In this document: positions 1 to 13,627 of the stretch, one piece after another
Layout: the number at the start of each line of letters is the position of its first letter
Position numbering within the stretch: position 1 is the first letter of the stretch
Assembly (NCBI GenBank): GCA_051294905.1
Contig: CM119372.1
Location: 35,900,001-35,964,000 of the forward strand
Length of the DNA: 64,000 bases
Direction: 5' to 3'
From: Botryllus schlosseri
Taxonomy: Eukaryota
Translations under genes and position numbers: made by a program
Notes under the pieces: generated by a model
The model's input: the letters and a program-made list of their open reading frames with translations, nothing else
The model's database searches: none
Told to the model about the DNA's origin: nothing

Positions 1-702
1 TTTTATTGCCCTCGATTTTTTGGGGAAAACGCGCTTTCCCCATTCACATGTTGCCAAAACTTCATATCTTCTGGTGCGGAAGGGGGTCGGACGGAAATAC
101 ATGAGAAGTATGTGCACCACAATCAGTACCTTGTAGCTGACCTGGTTTTGTCTTGTATTTGTGAGTGATACTGGTGATCTGACGCGATATATATATAAAT
201 AGGTACGCAATTTGATTCAACAAAATCCATGACAAACATCACCGCACTAATTTGCTATTCTAGGTCAATACTGAACAATTATTCCACTCTAAAATCTATA
301 ATTATATACTGCTGAAGTGCCTTTGAACAGCGCTCAGGTATACCAAAACAAAATATTAGTATTAACAAATTAACATGATTGTTTGTTTTCAACTTGGCTA
401 ATCCACATAGTACAGATGGTGATGATTAGCCTATGTAATCTATACGTAGCACAACTAAGCTTATGATGATTGTTTTACCCAGTTAAATTAATAGTCGTCA
501 AGTTACTTGAATGCGGGGAGTCAGCACTATTTCGGAAGTCGGCCGAAGCAGAAGCGTTCGAACACTTGTAGCGAACCAATTTCCGAATTGTGTCACCCAC
601 TGGTCACTGTACTGTACATCGTAGTTTCAATTTACTATCTCACTGCTGCGGGAAGAACATGGGGCCAAATCTTTTATTCATTTATTCGGTCTATTTTTGC
701 AG

Positions 703-838
703 ATAAATCCACGATTAAATACGTTGTAACGATCGCTGTGTTATCGTGCGTTGTAGTTGCCTTACTCCTTTTCATTGTGGCGCGCCACTTTCATTTAACG
801 ATTCCGTGCGATGATTTCAAGACAACATTTACGAGAAG
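703..838 (+). CDS. Transmembrane exon of a single-pass membrane protein (upstream exons not identified)
   Basis: ttttgcag acceptor, gtaaga donor; encodes DKSTIKYVVTIAVLSCVVVALLLFIVARHF...TR; ends in phase 2, matching the next exon. Confidence 0.75.
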
Positions 839-2599
839 GTAAGATTCGAAGAAGTCAAGTTTCATATTGCTTGGTCTGATTGGAAGTTGCCAATATATTA
901 ATTACCAGCAGCAGATACGTTTAGTAAACATTACTTGTGAGCTGTATTCCCGTCGTTATGCTTTCAGACTGATTGACTTTTACTTAAAGTTTTCTTCGGT
1001 CCGACTTCTTACCTTTTATCACTTATTATTAGGGCAAGTTTTTGTAACTTTTGCAACTTTTTTACAGCATCCGACAGCTTCCTAGATACTCAGAATTTAT
1101 GTACTACGATGTTTTAAGCTGTTTGAAGGGATTTTACAGTGCAACTATTTGCAACTTTTCCCTTCCCTTTTTCATGTCAATTTCTACTGAAACTTTTACC
1201 AAATATTGCGGTAAAACATGGTACCAAAAATCAACTATTTCTAGTATGGTTCTATTCTCTTTGATTTGCAAAACAAAGAGCAATATGATGGGTTAGCTGC
1301 ATCTCACTGTTATCTATAACACAATGGCTTGCAAGCAAGAAGTTCAACTACCCCTGCCAACGACCGTGCCCGAACAATATGTAAATAGTTCGCTTCAATT
1401 CTGTCGTTTGAATTCGAATTAGTTTCCCATTTCACGAACGCCCAGACGAAACTGCCGAAAATTACATTTTCACTGAGTCACCTTTTTCAGGCTATTGCTT
1501 TTGTTAAAGTCACCGAGAGTGAGTTTTCCTGTAATGCCTTGGGTCAGGTTTGCAGACCTAGGGGGCTTGGGGTGTGTTATTTGACTTGTTTTAGGGGGGG
1601 GGGGTTACAGCTATGCTGTTTGGCTCTTTAGGTGAAATTATTCCAGCATTGCGTAATTTTCTTGCTATGTGCCGCAGAAAATGTAGTTTTGGGAGGTTTC
1701 GCCAGACCGAGCGTTACATGGCCATTAAATAACAAATTTGACAGCTCTGCGGGAACTAGGTTATACAACGGAACCTTCCGAGTATGTCATACCCTAATAA
1801 TTCAAAAAATATATATATGCAACTTTTTACTGCAGCTTTTGTTAAAATTCAATGAAACTTTCTCGCGAATTAGTGCAGCAAAAGCTTGCCCTACCTATTA
1901 TTTAAAATACTGAAGATTTTTAGAATATCCAATTTTTGGCGGAGGCGTGGCCTGTAACGTACGTGTTGTAGGCAGAACTGATCAGCAACAAAGTACTTCT
2001 ACTTTATTGAAATTCTTCCCTACTTGTGACATTTACTCAGTGGTAATGCTTTTAGAGTCCTTTCACTTACACTGAACCTTTTTCTTGGATTTGAAATGAT
2101 AGAAAGCAGTTTTGGGATAAGTTTAAATCACTTTCATTAGGACAGTTGTCATATTTATCGCTTGTAATAGCCACAGTATCACGGCAAACGAAAATATTTA
2201 CAAATATTCCATGTATTCGTAGTCTCATTACTAATGTTTCCTCCAAGCTGCGCATATGTGCAGTGCTGACACGGTATCTGCGCACAGAAAATCTAGGTTG
2301 CGCACAAAAAATTCGAAGTGATGACCTTTTGTTTTAGTCGTTACGCACTGTTTTCCAAGGGTCTGCTCAGTGACTTTGTGAGTGTGCGCAGACTCTTTCA
2401 ACATTAGACGGAACATTGCTCTGTAGTGATTGTGGGTTAGTCGCAAATATACTTCCCGATAATTCGGTAGTATGCCTAGCCATCTTCGTGTAACTGCTAA
2501 AGGTGTGTGTATTGTGTATCCGCGACCAGTACTACTTTTTGTAACTACTTATAATTCGACATGAGTATCACTGTTGACTACATCGACCTCTGATTGTAG

Positions 2600-2771
2600 C
2601 TCAAGCGATGACGAAAAAAGTCAGAACGGTTCTTTATCAGAAGATGAAGATAATTCCAGGGATAAATCCGACCCTCTTCTGGTGGAAGCCGAAGAGGGAA
2701 CTGACGAAGTCGGCGAACTTGAGAAGAAAGAAGAAAGGCCAAGTAAAGATAACCCTTCGTCGGAAGAAGCT
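2600..2771 (+). CDS. Acidic cytoplasmic exon of the same gene
   Basis: ttgtag acceptor (phase 2), gtaagt donor (phase 0); SSDDEKSQNGSLSEDED...NPSSEEA, open frame. Confidence 0.75.
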
Positions 2772-3545
2772 GTAAGTTTGCACCGCTTGAAGACGTCATC
2801 ACCTGACCTGGCATTTGATTTCCTTTGTATTCCTAATTGCCGATCCATTCCCAATATATATGCGGAGGTGGTTATATAGTCAGCCTTCCTATTTGAATAA
2901 AAGTAAATGTAGCACCTATTATTTCAACTCAATCACTAGTAGAAGTAGCGATTTTATAGATGTAATAAAACCACGTATAAAAGATATAGGAAATTAGGGC
3001 ATGAAAATGCTAAATTAAGTTGCTTCAAGCAGTCGGCCGAGATACATCGCCTACTTCTAGCTGCTAATCTGAAGCGGCTACATTCGAACAGTCAAGGTGA
3101 AGTCCCTACAAATAGACGCGGTCACAATTTCAGTGATAAAGTATTCCGAATTCTACTAACAGTATTCCTAAAACTACTGAATTAAAAAAGTGTAAAAAAT
3201 TAGGTTGAGTTCCCTGAAAACCCGTCAGGTAAAAGTGGAAGCGGTCGATAAACATCGCTACTTCAGTAAGTGCTACATGTAATCGAATTTCAAATTTGAA
3301 CTGCATAGATTTTATTTTTGTAAGTATGGCTTCGTAATGCTGGTATTCCAGTATTCCATTTTACTTTGGATCGAATCAGTGAAGCAATCAATTTCGCTGA
3401 AGCAACCACAATCTGACAACCAACACCTGTAATCGCTATGAGTAGAGCCCAACTGATATCGTTTATTTTAGTTTATACCGATAAAACCGATGACTAGAAC
3501 GCCAATATATTTTCAGCAAGTAATAAAAATATATAGCATCTAGCT

Positions 3546-4620
3546 CAGGGGTCACCAACCCGGTGCCCGCGGGCACCAGGTAGCCCGCGAGGACTAGATG
3601 AGTAGCCCGCGAGCCCATTCTAAAAATAGGTTGAATAGCAGCATTTACCAATATTCGTCAGATTATTACCAGTGAGCTTTTGAATATATATATATTTATT
3701 TATTTATTTATTCAGCTATTCTTGTTTAAAACACACTAACATGTAACTTACATATATCAACACTTGAAAATATCTTCAATGACAATTAGTAATATATAGA
3801 TGTAGGCCTACGTGACAGAATCGCCAGAAATTCAAGATACGGCGCATTGCCTATAAAGGCGACATGACGGAATGCCGTCCACGGTCTTCTTGAAATGGTG
3901 GGGGGGGGGGTCCGTTACGATAGCTCGACGACCAGGACAATGCCAAAGTAGTAAACAATATTACTATTCGGAGTCAGATAGACGTGAAGTACTAGCAGAT
4001 TTTCAATATATGTATACCCATTACGTATTGCATCTTTTTGCACAGCTTGTTTCTGTTATACTCAACACAGTTTAATATACCATGTTTCTAACTTTCTGTA
4101 ATCGTTGCTGCTGTCCGGTATAATGAAATCTTGTAATTTCTGGATGCTGAACAGTTGGAGATTGAAATTGTAACACTGCAAAATGACCCCCACCTCAGTC
4201 TGCAGCAAATGTTTGGTGCATTGTTGATACGGAAAATTACAGTGGTGTATGCGCAGCAGCTATGAAGGTTGCAAGCGTCTATGGTTCAACTTCTCGTTGT
4301 GAATCAGCCTTTTCGGACATGAACTGCATCAAAAACAAACACAAAGCACTCTCAATCAATGCACATCTGGAACACTCACTCAGAATTGCAGTGTCAAGTT
4401 ACATACCAGAGTACAGCGCACTAGTTGATATCATACAATGCCAGGCATCCCACTGACTGCTATAGAAACAGATAACATGATGTCCAGTCCTGCCCAGTGC
4501 TATGAATATCAAAGCGGAAATTCAGTGTGGTACGGGTAAACGACGGGAGTAAATAGTAGCCCGCCGAATCAATCATTACGCAAAAGTAGCCCTCGGTTGC
4601 AAAAAGGTTGGTGACCCCGG
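3546..4620 (+). mobile_element. hAT-Charlie/Buster deletion derivative with transposase C-terminus
   Basis: TIRs CAGGGGTCACCAACC / GGTTGGTGACCCCGG; remnant GSTSRCESAFSDMNCIKNKH...QCQASH typical of Charlie transposases; lies in an intron. Confidence 0.85.
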
Positions 4621-4963
4621 AATTGTAGCTTATTGCGAATGCATAAAACCTTAGAGCCTTTGCTATGCTTGGCACCCAAAAGCTATAAGAAATATATGAA
4701 TATTCCGAGACTCACAGTCACAAATTACAGTTCTCGTACTCCATACAACTGTGAAGTCACAGAAATTACAGATACTTTTTGCCTCAAATGGACGATACTG
4801 ATATTTCAATATAAGTGTGATACCGACTCGATGTTATGGGCGAACCATAAATAATTGGCGGTCGGGTTCTAGTTATGAGCTCGTGGTCAATAATGTTGTA
4901 CCCATTTGATTGTGTGACAAGCTAACACCCTGGTTTTCAAATCCCTAATATTCTCATTTTTAG

Positions 4964-5104
4964 CTTGAACGCGACACACCTAAAGTTTTCAGAAATGCCT
5001 CCAGCAGAAGATCATCCAGAATAAGTCTCCCAAGACCATCGCACCCTGCGCCGCGGTCTCCGCCGCCTGTATTTCCTGCGCCGGTGCTGGATAAATTCCG
5101 TTGA
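4964..5104 (+). CDS. Terminal Pro/Ser/Arg-rich exon of the same gene
   Basis: ttttag acceptor (phase 0); LERDTPKVFRNASSRRSSRISLPRPSHPAPRSPPPVFPAPVLDKFR-stop (TGA 5102-5104). Confidence 0.7.
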   Translation, partial: LERDTPKVFRNASSRRSSRISLPRPSHPAPRSPPPVFPAPVLDKFR

Positions 5105-6034
5105 CTGCGCTTTTCGTTGTATATTGTCCTTGCGAATCTGGTGATTTATTACCTTGTCAGTGAGAATCTCATATATGCATTTCTGTTTGCTTCTACCTAT
5201 TTCACAACGCTTCGATTGTTTCAATCGCTTCAACTATTTTCAAACGGGGCACCAATATTACACTTCATGATATTTTGCGGTGTAGTAATGTTTTCGTCTG
5301 CTAATCATCCTGTAGCCATTTACGGATACTATGCAATGACAACTTATTGAGGAATGAAAATAGTAACTCATGCGTCCTGATTCCATGACTTCTTCAACAG
5401 CGCGGATGCAAGTATTGCGGGTATGCATGTCATTTCCCGAAGGAAACCCTGAAAGCTACACTTGAAATAGGATATTGATATGAACCGGAATATAGCTGAG
5501 TCGTGGTACAGAACTTGAATATAGCTTTCAATACAATATCCATTGTATAATAATATTTATTAACTCGAAGACTTTTCGGGTGCCTCTTTTCAAGGGTTAA
5601 CGGCACACTAAAAGGGATTTAAACACATTTAAAAGCAAAACCAAAAAGGCAAAGTCTGACGCAACAATCAAAATCACAAACCATGAAATTCGCATTGTAC
5701 CAATGGCAACAATAACAAACTATGAAGTATACGGACATTCGGTACTATAGTAACTACGCAATTCGTAAATAAACAGTTACACGCACGAAACACATGCACT
5801 AATGAGAAATTTGTAGGTTATAGAGGAAATCTGTTTGTCTACATAAAATAGGTTTGTTCAACTGAATAATAGTAGACTCCAGCACTTTTAGATGAAACAA
5901 AGATCTACCACGCGCAATGACAGTGAACATATTGTCATCATAGTGCTGTGGACAGCAGTGGCGTAGCAGCCACCTGGCGGTTCTGGCTCTGCGCCAGGGG
6001 CGGCAGGCTCCAAGGGGGCGGCAAAATTAGGCTG

Positions 6035-6395
6035 CACAGTGCACACCAATTCTTTAATTATGTATTATAGTGGTCCCCACCGTAAGTACTATTTTATTCA
6101 AATCCAAATTTTTCGACGGCAATAACTCTGCTTCCACTGTCTGGAATTTAACAAAATTTGGTGAACATCGTTTCTATAGACAACCTAACACTTTCATGGG
6201 GTGAACAGAAAATTTTCAAATTTTTTGTTATTTATTTTTATATAATGAATAAAAACTTTCTTCTCCTGTAGCAATGCGGCTACTGGTTGGAATTGTACCA
6301 AATTTGGTGTGTAGGCTTAAATTAAGCAACCTAACAATTTTATCAAGTAGCCAGTGCGATTGGAGAAAAAAAGTCATTTTTGAAGAGCCCTAGTG
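6035..6395. mobile_element. Possible Transib-like MITE
   Basis: Ends CACAGTG... and ...GAGCCCTAGTG; absent from the sister hAT copy; similar CACTAGGGCT end at 61590; TSD unclear. Confidence 0.4.
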
Positions 6396-6854
6396 CACAG
6401 TGTACACAAAACAGCCGGCTAAAAGCAGCGTAATTGGTAGTCCTATATAGCTGGCGTCCCGGGAGCTTAATCAGACTGGTCTCAATCGAAAGCTAGTGTC
6501 GCGCTGATTTGGAATATGTTAACATGACAATGGAACCACTCCTAACAATCGGAACACAATGACCAATCGACCGTGATAATGGAAATTATATCGTGCGATT
6601 ATTCGGAAAATTGCCGATTTTCAAACCAGGATTTAAATTGTATTTCCGGAATCAGGGCAACGATAGCTTTCGATTACGATCAGTATTGTTAAATTTGACC
6701 GCACGGAGGGCCTGGCCAACTATAGGATGACCATGACCAATTATGCTGCTTTTGACTGTCTCATCAGTAGTGTCTGGGTAGTGGGTATTCAAGTGTGACA
6801 ACTAAGTTGCCCACCTATATCCGTAGGTTAGTGATCTATACTTTGGGTTACGAT

Positions 6855-7367
6855 TGGGGTTTGGCAAAATCGAGTACCTGAGTGATTCGATTCTGAATCA
6901 CTTATTAATAATAATATGCTTCGAGTCGAGTCGAGTCGAGTATTCCAATATCCCTCTATATGAGGTCAAAACAGAATGCCATATGTCATAGTTAAAATAT
7001 GTACCTTTTATCCCACCACAAAGAATAGAATGCCTGTTATACATCACAATAAAGATACTTTGGTATTTTTTCGACCATACTGAATTCGTTGCATTTTGTG
7101 ACAATTTTGAGGGGTGATCATGACTTCTGAAATGTGGTATTTCCACTAAACTTATAACTTCTGCACTACATGTTTTGTATGCTGCGATACGGCCAATCAA
7201 TGTTTCAAGGCTTCCACAGTGGAAAATAGTATCGAAACTATAATTATCGTTGATAAATTAACATCAATGGCGAGCAGCGTATAATTTCAGTACTCGAAAA
7301 AAATCGTATTTTACTACTCGACTTGAGTCATCAGATTGGAGTACTCGAATCATTGTGCCCAGCCCTA
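6855..7367. mobile_element. hAT-type MITE with GACTC/GAGTC subterminal repeats
   Basis: Right end TGCCCAGCCCTA; 8-bp TSD GTTACGAT on both sides. Confidence 0.7.
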
Positions 7368-10300
7368 GTTACGATTTGGTACAGCAGACCGAGATAGCTG
7401 TGAAGGTAAACCGGTCCTAGTAACTGTATAAGTTGGTTATAATTGTCGGATTGACAGATTGGGCTTAAATTTATACAAGTGTTAATTAAGACTCGAAAAT
7501 GAAATACATTCGTTCGCTATTTCTTGTCTTCATTATTTTTGGCGTTATTAACGTTGAGACGGCGAGGCTGAGACGCGGCATATTATTTGCAATATATTTT
7601 TTGAAAAGATTGCTTGAACATGAATCTATGTAAAAATTTGATGCGGTCTACTGAGGGGGGCGGCATTTTAAGCGAGAGCCAGGGGCGGCAGCACATGCTG
7701 CTACGCCAGTGGTGGACAGGCGGGGTTTTCACTCAAATGCTGACCGATTGACGAAGCATATGCTTGGTAATCGTCATAGCAGTCTGTTTTGGCAGCCAAT
7801 TTGCCATGACGTGCAAGCTCCGTGCGAGTATTTGCGCATGTTTTTGACCGAATCAATTTTGGGATATGCTGCTTAATACGCTCAAAATATCTTTGAGATG
7901 TACTGTACGTCCTACATACCTACTATCACAATCACAGTGGCACTTGTATTGGTAAACAACATCACTTGCATTAAAGGCAGGAAGTGCATCTTTTCGAGAG
8001 TTGGGCAACAAGGGTTTCGTTGTGTACACCACATGGTTGTTTACGCTGTAATAACAACGGTGAACAGCCAATTTAATGAGTTTTTCAAAACGGTTAGACA
8101 AGTTACCTAGCCAAGGTAAGTGTAAAAATGCCGGGCTTTTTTCTGGTCCGTATTTGGGAGCTATATCCGATTTTTTCAAAACCCTAGAGATGGAGCATTT
8201 TAATATGTGGTCTGGATAGCCATTTTTGGACAGAATCAAGTGGATATCATCCAATTCGCGTGACAGTTTTTCCGGTGAACAGATGCGCAGGCCCGATTGA
8301 CAAGAGCTGAAATAAGGTTTAATTTACGCCGCTTCAGGCAAAATGAATCCCAACGGATATAATGACCAGTGAAGGTAGGTTTTCTGTACACCGACGTTTA
8401 AAACGTTTGTCCTGATCTCTCTACTAAGACGTCTAAAAAGGGAAGGGCAGCATCAGTTTCCTTTTCCACGGTAAATTGTAGAGCTGGATGGAGACAGTTC
8501 AATTTTTCGAAGAAATTATTACACTCTCGCTCATTTTTAAAGGCAACAAAGGCGTCATCGACATATCTAAAATAGAGGAGAGGTTTTGCGACGTTTTCAA
8601 ACAATTTCTTTTCATGGTATCCCACGAATATATCGGCCAAACCAGGTCCCAACGGTGAACCCATTGCAATACCATTACATTGGCGGAACATCGTGTCATT
8701 GAAGCTGAATTCAACGCAACTAGTAGCAGTTAGCAACAATTCGAGAAATATATCACGTGGTAATTTCGGAGGTTCAAGCGGATCGGCACAACATAATTTA
8801 GCTAAATGGCTCAACACCGTCATTGAACCAGTTCGACTTTTGTATACGCATCACCGTCTTCGCGACTCGTTCACGTTTGTAGAAGAACTAAAGCGCGCTA
8901 AATTAAATCCGTCCAATGTATTTCTTAGCTCATTTGATGTGAAAAGTCTTTTTACCAACGTACCACTGTCGAAAACTTTCGAAATCTGCGCAGACGCGCT
9001 TTATGATGGCACGCTTGAACCTCCGAAATTACCACGTTCAGTTCATCCAATCGGTTCAAGTGATATATATAGCCTGCGTGTTAAAGGCCTAATTGCTGAA
9101 GCGGTGACGATGTCGAGGGTTTCATTCTTACCATGTCGTAGGCTATGTGTCGACTATTTCGTGTGCAAATCGTCCGTGCTATATGATTTTCGAAAATATC
9201 AAGACAGGTTGCGATCGAATTATATAACTTTTGGGAAAAAACATAATTTTGTTTTTTCTAAATGGCATTTGTTTAAAACAACCGTTTGTTTTAAATGCAA
9301 CCCTAAGTATAGAAGATTTCAAATATGTCTGTCATGTTTATGCGGAACAAAACGAATCTGTATTCGCGAGGAGCATTGGTTTGATATATTGCATTTATTT
9401 GGAATAGGTGCCCCTGCATATAGGCTACTTGTCATCGGATCATCAATAACTAGATAATAATTTTGATTTCGTCAAGACCAAGAATTATATGACTTAGTGA
9501 TATGTGACAATGCAGCAGGTCGATAACTAGTCCACTGAACTGTTGCTTCAATGAGCGTGAGCACGGTGCGCAACATCATGTAACATCATTTGAATGATAC
9601 AACCAGTGTTGGGCAGATTCGATTCCACTTTTTCACATGACTTGACTTGACTGGAGTAGGGTTTCAATACATCCTTCTTTATGAGGATTGGTCCTCATTT
9701 TTCAGGAAATTGGAAATGTCCTGCGAGGACACCTATATGTCCTTATTTTTGACAATTCATATTCCTTTACAGCTTTTAGAACTTAAGTAATGGACAGGGT
9801 CAGCTGATAATCGGCAAAAACGACGCGAAATAGGTGGTGAGGACGATCGAGTGTCGATTCAGGGTGCTGACCCTTTTTTAGTAAACATCACAGAAGTAGC
9901 TTAAAAAGTGGTTAATTCGGGAGTCGAGTTATAGTGATGACTAGGGCGATTTTTTGACATGCCAAAAAAGTCAAGATTAGGTCAAAATTGTAGCGTTAGG
10001 TCAAAATTTTGTCAAATATTTTTACAAAGTTAAATGCGCACATACCCGACACTTCATATTCCATTATACACAGACGCGTGTCGCGTTGGGATACAGCCGG
10101 CACGCTTTTTCGCCGAGTGACGTAGGGCATTTTTTCCCTGCACGAACATCAGTTCGCCCGCCGCGCACGTGTGATCACTGATGCCGCCAGACAACAGCGC
10201 GAGGTCCTGCAATGGCGGTTTGTAATCGTAGTTGAGGGTGCGGTGTTAGTTGAGTTCGCGGATTAATCGCGGTTTACTGATGTTCAAGCAAGAACATAGC

Positions 10301-10509
10301 TATAGCGGAGTGCCGAAAACTGAACTTTGCATGCTAATTTATAATTATGCTTCGTATAAAAACATAGTTCAGGCATACGGTTACTTGATAGACCGTAGTT
10401 TTCTGTCGGTCATATCGTCAGCCGTAGGTACATGCGTGATTTCTCGAGTATAGTATTCATCTGTTCCTTATTAATTAATGGCATGTGCAAGTATGCTTCC
10501 TTATCCACA

Positions 10510-12720
10510 ATGACATGTCTGACGATCACCAATCAGTGTTCCTTGTTAACATGTCAAAAATATTAGTGTTTGGTAGAATGCAGATTTCTATTGATCATGA
10601 GGTCGTGGCATGCACACAGCAAATCGTGGACTCCAAGGGTTCATTAATTTTCTACTCTATTGAAGCAGCTGCAGTTCAGTATGCCTAAATGTCGAAAAAG
10701 ACACCGATTACTGTAGCTTACAGTAGGACATGGACTGCTGCGACCAGGTTATTCAAGCATGCAGGCTTGAACTAACAAAAACGATGAAATTTTACAGTTT
10801 GAAGATATTAATAGACCAGTATCAAGTAAGTGTTTAATTTTATTCAGTTCTGGATTTGAATTTCATGAATAACATGGTATTGGCATCATAATGTTTGTGT
10901 GATGTCAATTTTCGAATCAAGCTCTTTTCTCATGCCTGCTTTAATACATGAATTACTTTATCAACAGATGGCCGTAACAGTACAATGTTGGATCAATTTA
11001 AGGATGTCACTCCATTGCATGCAGAAACGGCTGTTATTGCCACTCTTTCTGATTCAACTCCCTATGAGAGCTCGGACACGGAAGACCGCCCAACAATTAT
11101 GTTATCTGATGTTTCATTGTGTCTGCCTCAACTTCGAAGCAAACTTCGCAGTTCCTATCCAAGAAAAAGCGGGGAGGTCTGTTTAATTACAATCTGAAAA
11201 ATAATTCGATACGTGACTATGTATTTCTTCCTTTAGTCACCTCAACACAACGACGTCCTGAGAGGCACCACGTAAAGACGATTTTGGAAGGTTTGTTAAA
11301 CATTTTGTACTCCTGAGATGTTGCTTGCTTTGTAAAATTATTATATATTTATTATCAATTGTTTATCCATTTCCATAGTGTTAGTTTCACTCCAACTTGT
11401 ATTTTCTGCAGATATTGATGATTCTGACAATGAAGTAGTTCCTGCTGATACTTAAATTCATTCTCAACCATTGTCTGCCTCAACTTCGAAGCGAACTTCG
11501 CAGTTCCTATCCAAGAAAAAGCCGGCAGGTCTGTTGAATTACAAGTTGAAAAATAATTCGATATGTGACTATGTATTTCTTTCAATAGTCACCTCAACAC
11601 CAAGTCGTCTCGAGAGGCACCAAGTAGAGACAACTTAGGAAGGTTTGTTCAACATTTTTTTCTCCTGAGATGTTAACTTGCTATCAATTATTATTTATTT
11701 ATTTAAGGTTGCTCTTCGTTCGAAATGTCTACCGACAGTGTATTCCACAGGCGAAACGGCTATTCGGATGACGGTACGTTCTGAGATTCATATTTTTATA
11801 GGAAGTATGGCATTTGATTCACTTTTACATATTACGCTTCCCAGAACTCAAATTTATATTATAAGGGGTCGAGCTTTGAGACATTCATGGGCATGTCGTT
11901 ACACAATAATTGATGATTTTAATGTACGTTTGTCAAATGTGCGGTATAGATGACTTTTAATTTTATTTAGAAATCATGAAGAAAATCTTGATTTGTGTGC
12001 GAAAGTAGATGAAAATCAAGCGTATCTCGTTCGACAAGATGTTGGAAAACGTATGCAATGGCAGTCAAGCACGCAGAATTTCAAGTATTTAATCAAGAAA
12101 CCTGCAACTAGTGTGGATGAATTAAAAGGCATAGATGCGAAACTTCAGCAGGGGGAGCAAAATATGCCGCAGTAAGTAGTTGTTATAATTACCAAACCCA
12201 TTAATTTTCGATATACAATTGCGAACATTTTTCCCAGCTGATCAAGTTAAATGACTCTCGGTGTAGTTTTTCATTCACTGTAAAAATACTGTTACAACTA
12301 GAATTGGTCGGGATATAATTTGACAGAGTGCTGTTGACACCTGTTTTTATGATTTTTACTGGATTTCTTGGTTTTCCAGATATCGTATATTTGTCGGTAG
12401 TTGGTGGACAAACTGTGACCGCTACAATTCGAGGCGTGTTGGACAAAATTGCAACCAAGTTTCTACTTGCTCAGTATTCCAAAGACGGACAAAAAGGAAA
12501 GCATAAGCATCGCTTCAAATACCATGAAATGATCTGTAGCCTTCTGATATGTGAGTATTGAAGTTAGAGCAACGCTCCCAGACAGTACAAGGTCTAATTA
12601 ACTTAGCTCCAACCCTATCTTCTTGTAGCTATATGCAGAAAGACCCACAGCAAAGTAACGGAGAAAGAGAAACGCACATCGGTGAAGTCTTCAAGCCCTA
12701 CCCTCATTATCTCAAGAAGG
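10510..12720 (+). pseudogene. Degenerate multi-exon DUF4806/BEN-like gene, probably the accessory ORF of an EnSpm/CACTA-type transposon
   Basis: Spliced fragments KKPATSVDELKGIDAKL, YLSVVGGQTVTATIRGVLDKIATKFLLAQYSKDGQKGKHKHRF, ETHIGEVFKPYP; frameshifts and stops. Confidence 0.55.
11115..11675 (+). repeat. Duplicated ~210-bp segment containing two small exon-like pieces
   Basis: cattgt..tgcctcaacttcgaagc...ctcctgagatgtt at ~11115-11322 and ~11470-11674. Confidence 0.85.
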
Positions 12721-13627
12721 TACAGTTTGCTGTTGGTTAATCATTCTGATATCCCTCTGCTATAAAAAAATCAGTCATAGGTGCTGGTGCATTAAATTAC
12801 AATTATTGTTATGATGCGCATTCATGTTGGTGTCATATCTTATTTAGTAACAATCATCATTTTCTAGTGTGCCTTGCTTTGTATTTATACCCTGTGTTCT
12901 GTGATCTACTCTCCTTTGTTTATATGCCCTCTGGATAGTAATTGCATGGTGCTTGCTAGTCTAAAGTAATTCTGCTGAACAGGATTAAATACATTGGATT
13001 CTTATTACAAGTTCTTCGTATAGGTTTACTGTCCTACCATGACCTAGAATATAACAATGAACTTCTTGCAGCAATCATCAAGACCACAGGATGGACGCAC
13101 TACTAGTGAAGAATTCGCCGTGGATGAGGTATGCATTTTTCAAACTTGGTTTTAATGGGACACGTGAAATCATCCAGATTGAAATAGTGGGAAATTTAAC
13201 ACTGTTGATCCCGCAACACCATTTCTTACATATTCTCAGCATGGGATTCTGTTTTGTTTTTGTTTAGCTGTTCCAACACAGCTCTTGTACATTAAATTGA
13301 TGTGATATAGTGCTAGCTTATTGTCATCTATTTCTGACTTACCCACTGTGACTTCTTGATTTCAGGAATGATAAATGGTGTGCTTTGATGAGCTGCTGCC
13401 CATTTGAGAAGAAAGAGGTGGACTAGTGAGCTTGAAAGTTACGTTTAATAGTCTCAAAGAAGACGTCATACAGTTCTTGCAGCCAAGTGCCACCTTATAA
13501 GGTGAACAGCGGACATCCAGGCACCATGTACTGGTGTAATTGCCTGCATTTAACCAAGAATGACATTCCTGCCTGATTTCGCTGACATCGGCTACGCAGT
13601 TTTGCATTTCTTTATTTGTCAGTATCG

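Larger units (their letters stand above)
5956..7711 (+). mobile_element. hAT (Tip100-like) non-autonomous element
   Basis: TIR CAGTGGCGTAGCAGC, perfect 8-bp TSD GTGGACAG; sister copy at 40479-41927. Confidence 0.9.
5500..9037 (-). mobile_element. Penelope-like retroelement (RT + GIY-YIG), interrupted and 5'-inverted
   Basis: RT motifs GIAMGSPLGP, YFRYVDD, LPFLDV (8398-8780); VVYQYKCHCDCDSRYVGRT (7853-8254); SSIGQHLSENP...HLKVLES reads across the hAT insertion at 5956-7711. Confidence 0.9.

Noticed and set aside
8693..9457. 254-aa ORF as a gene
   Set aside because: Chimera of antisense RT, inverted RT segment and flank
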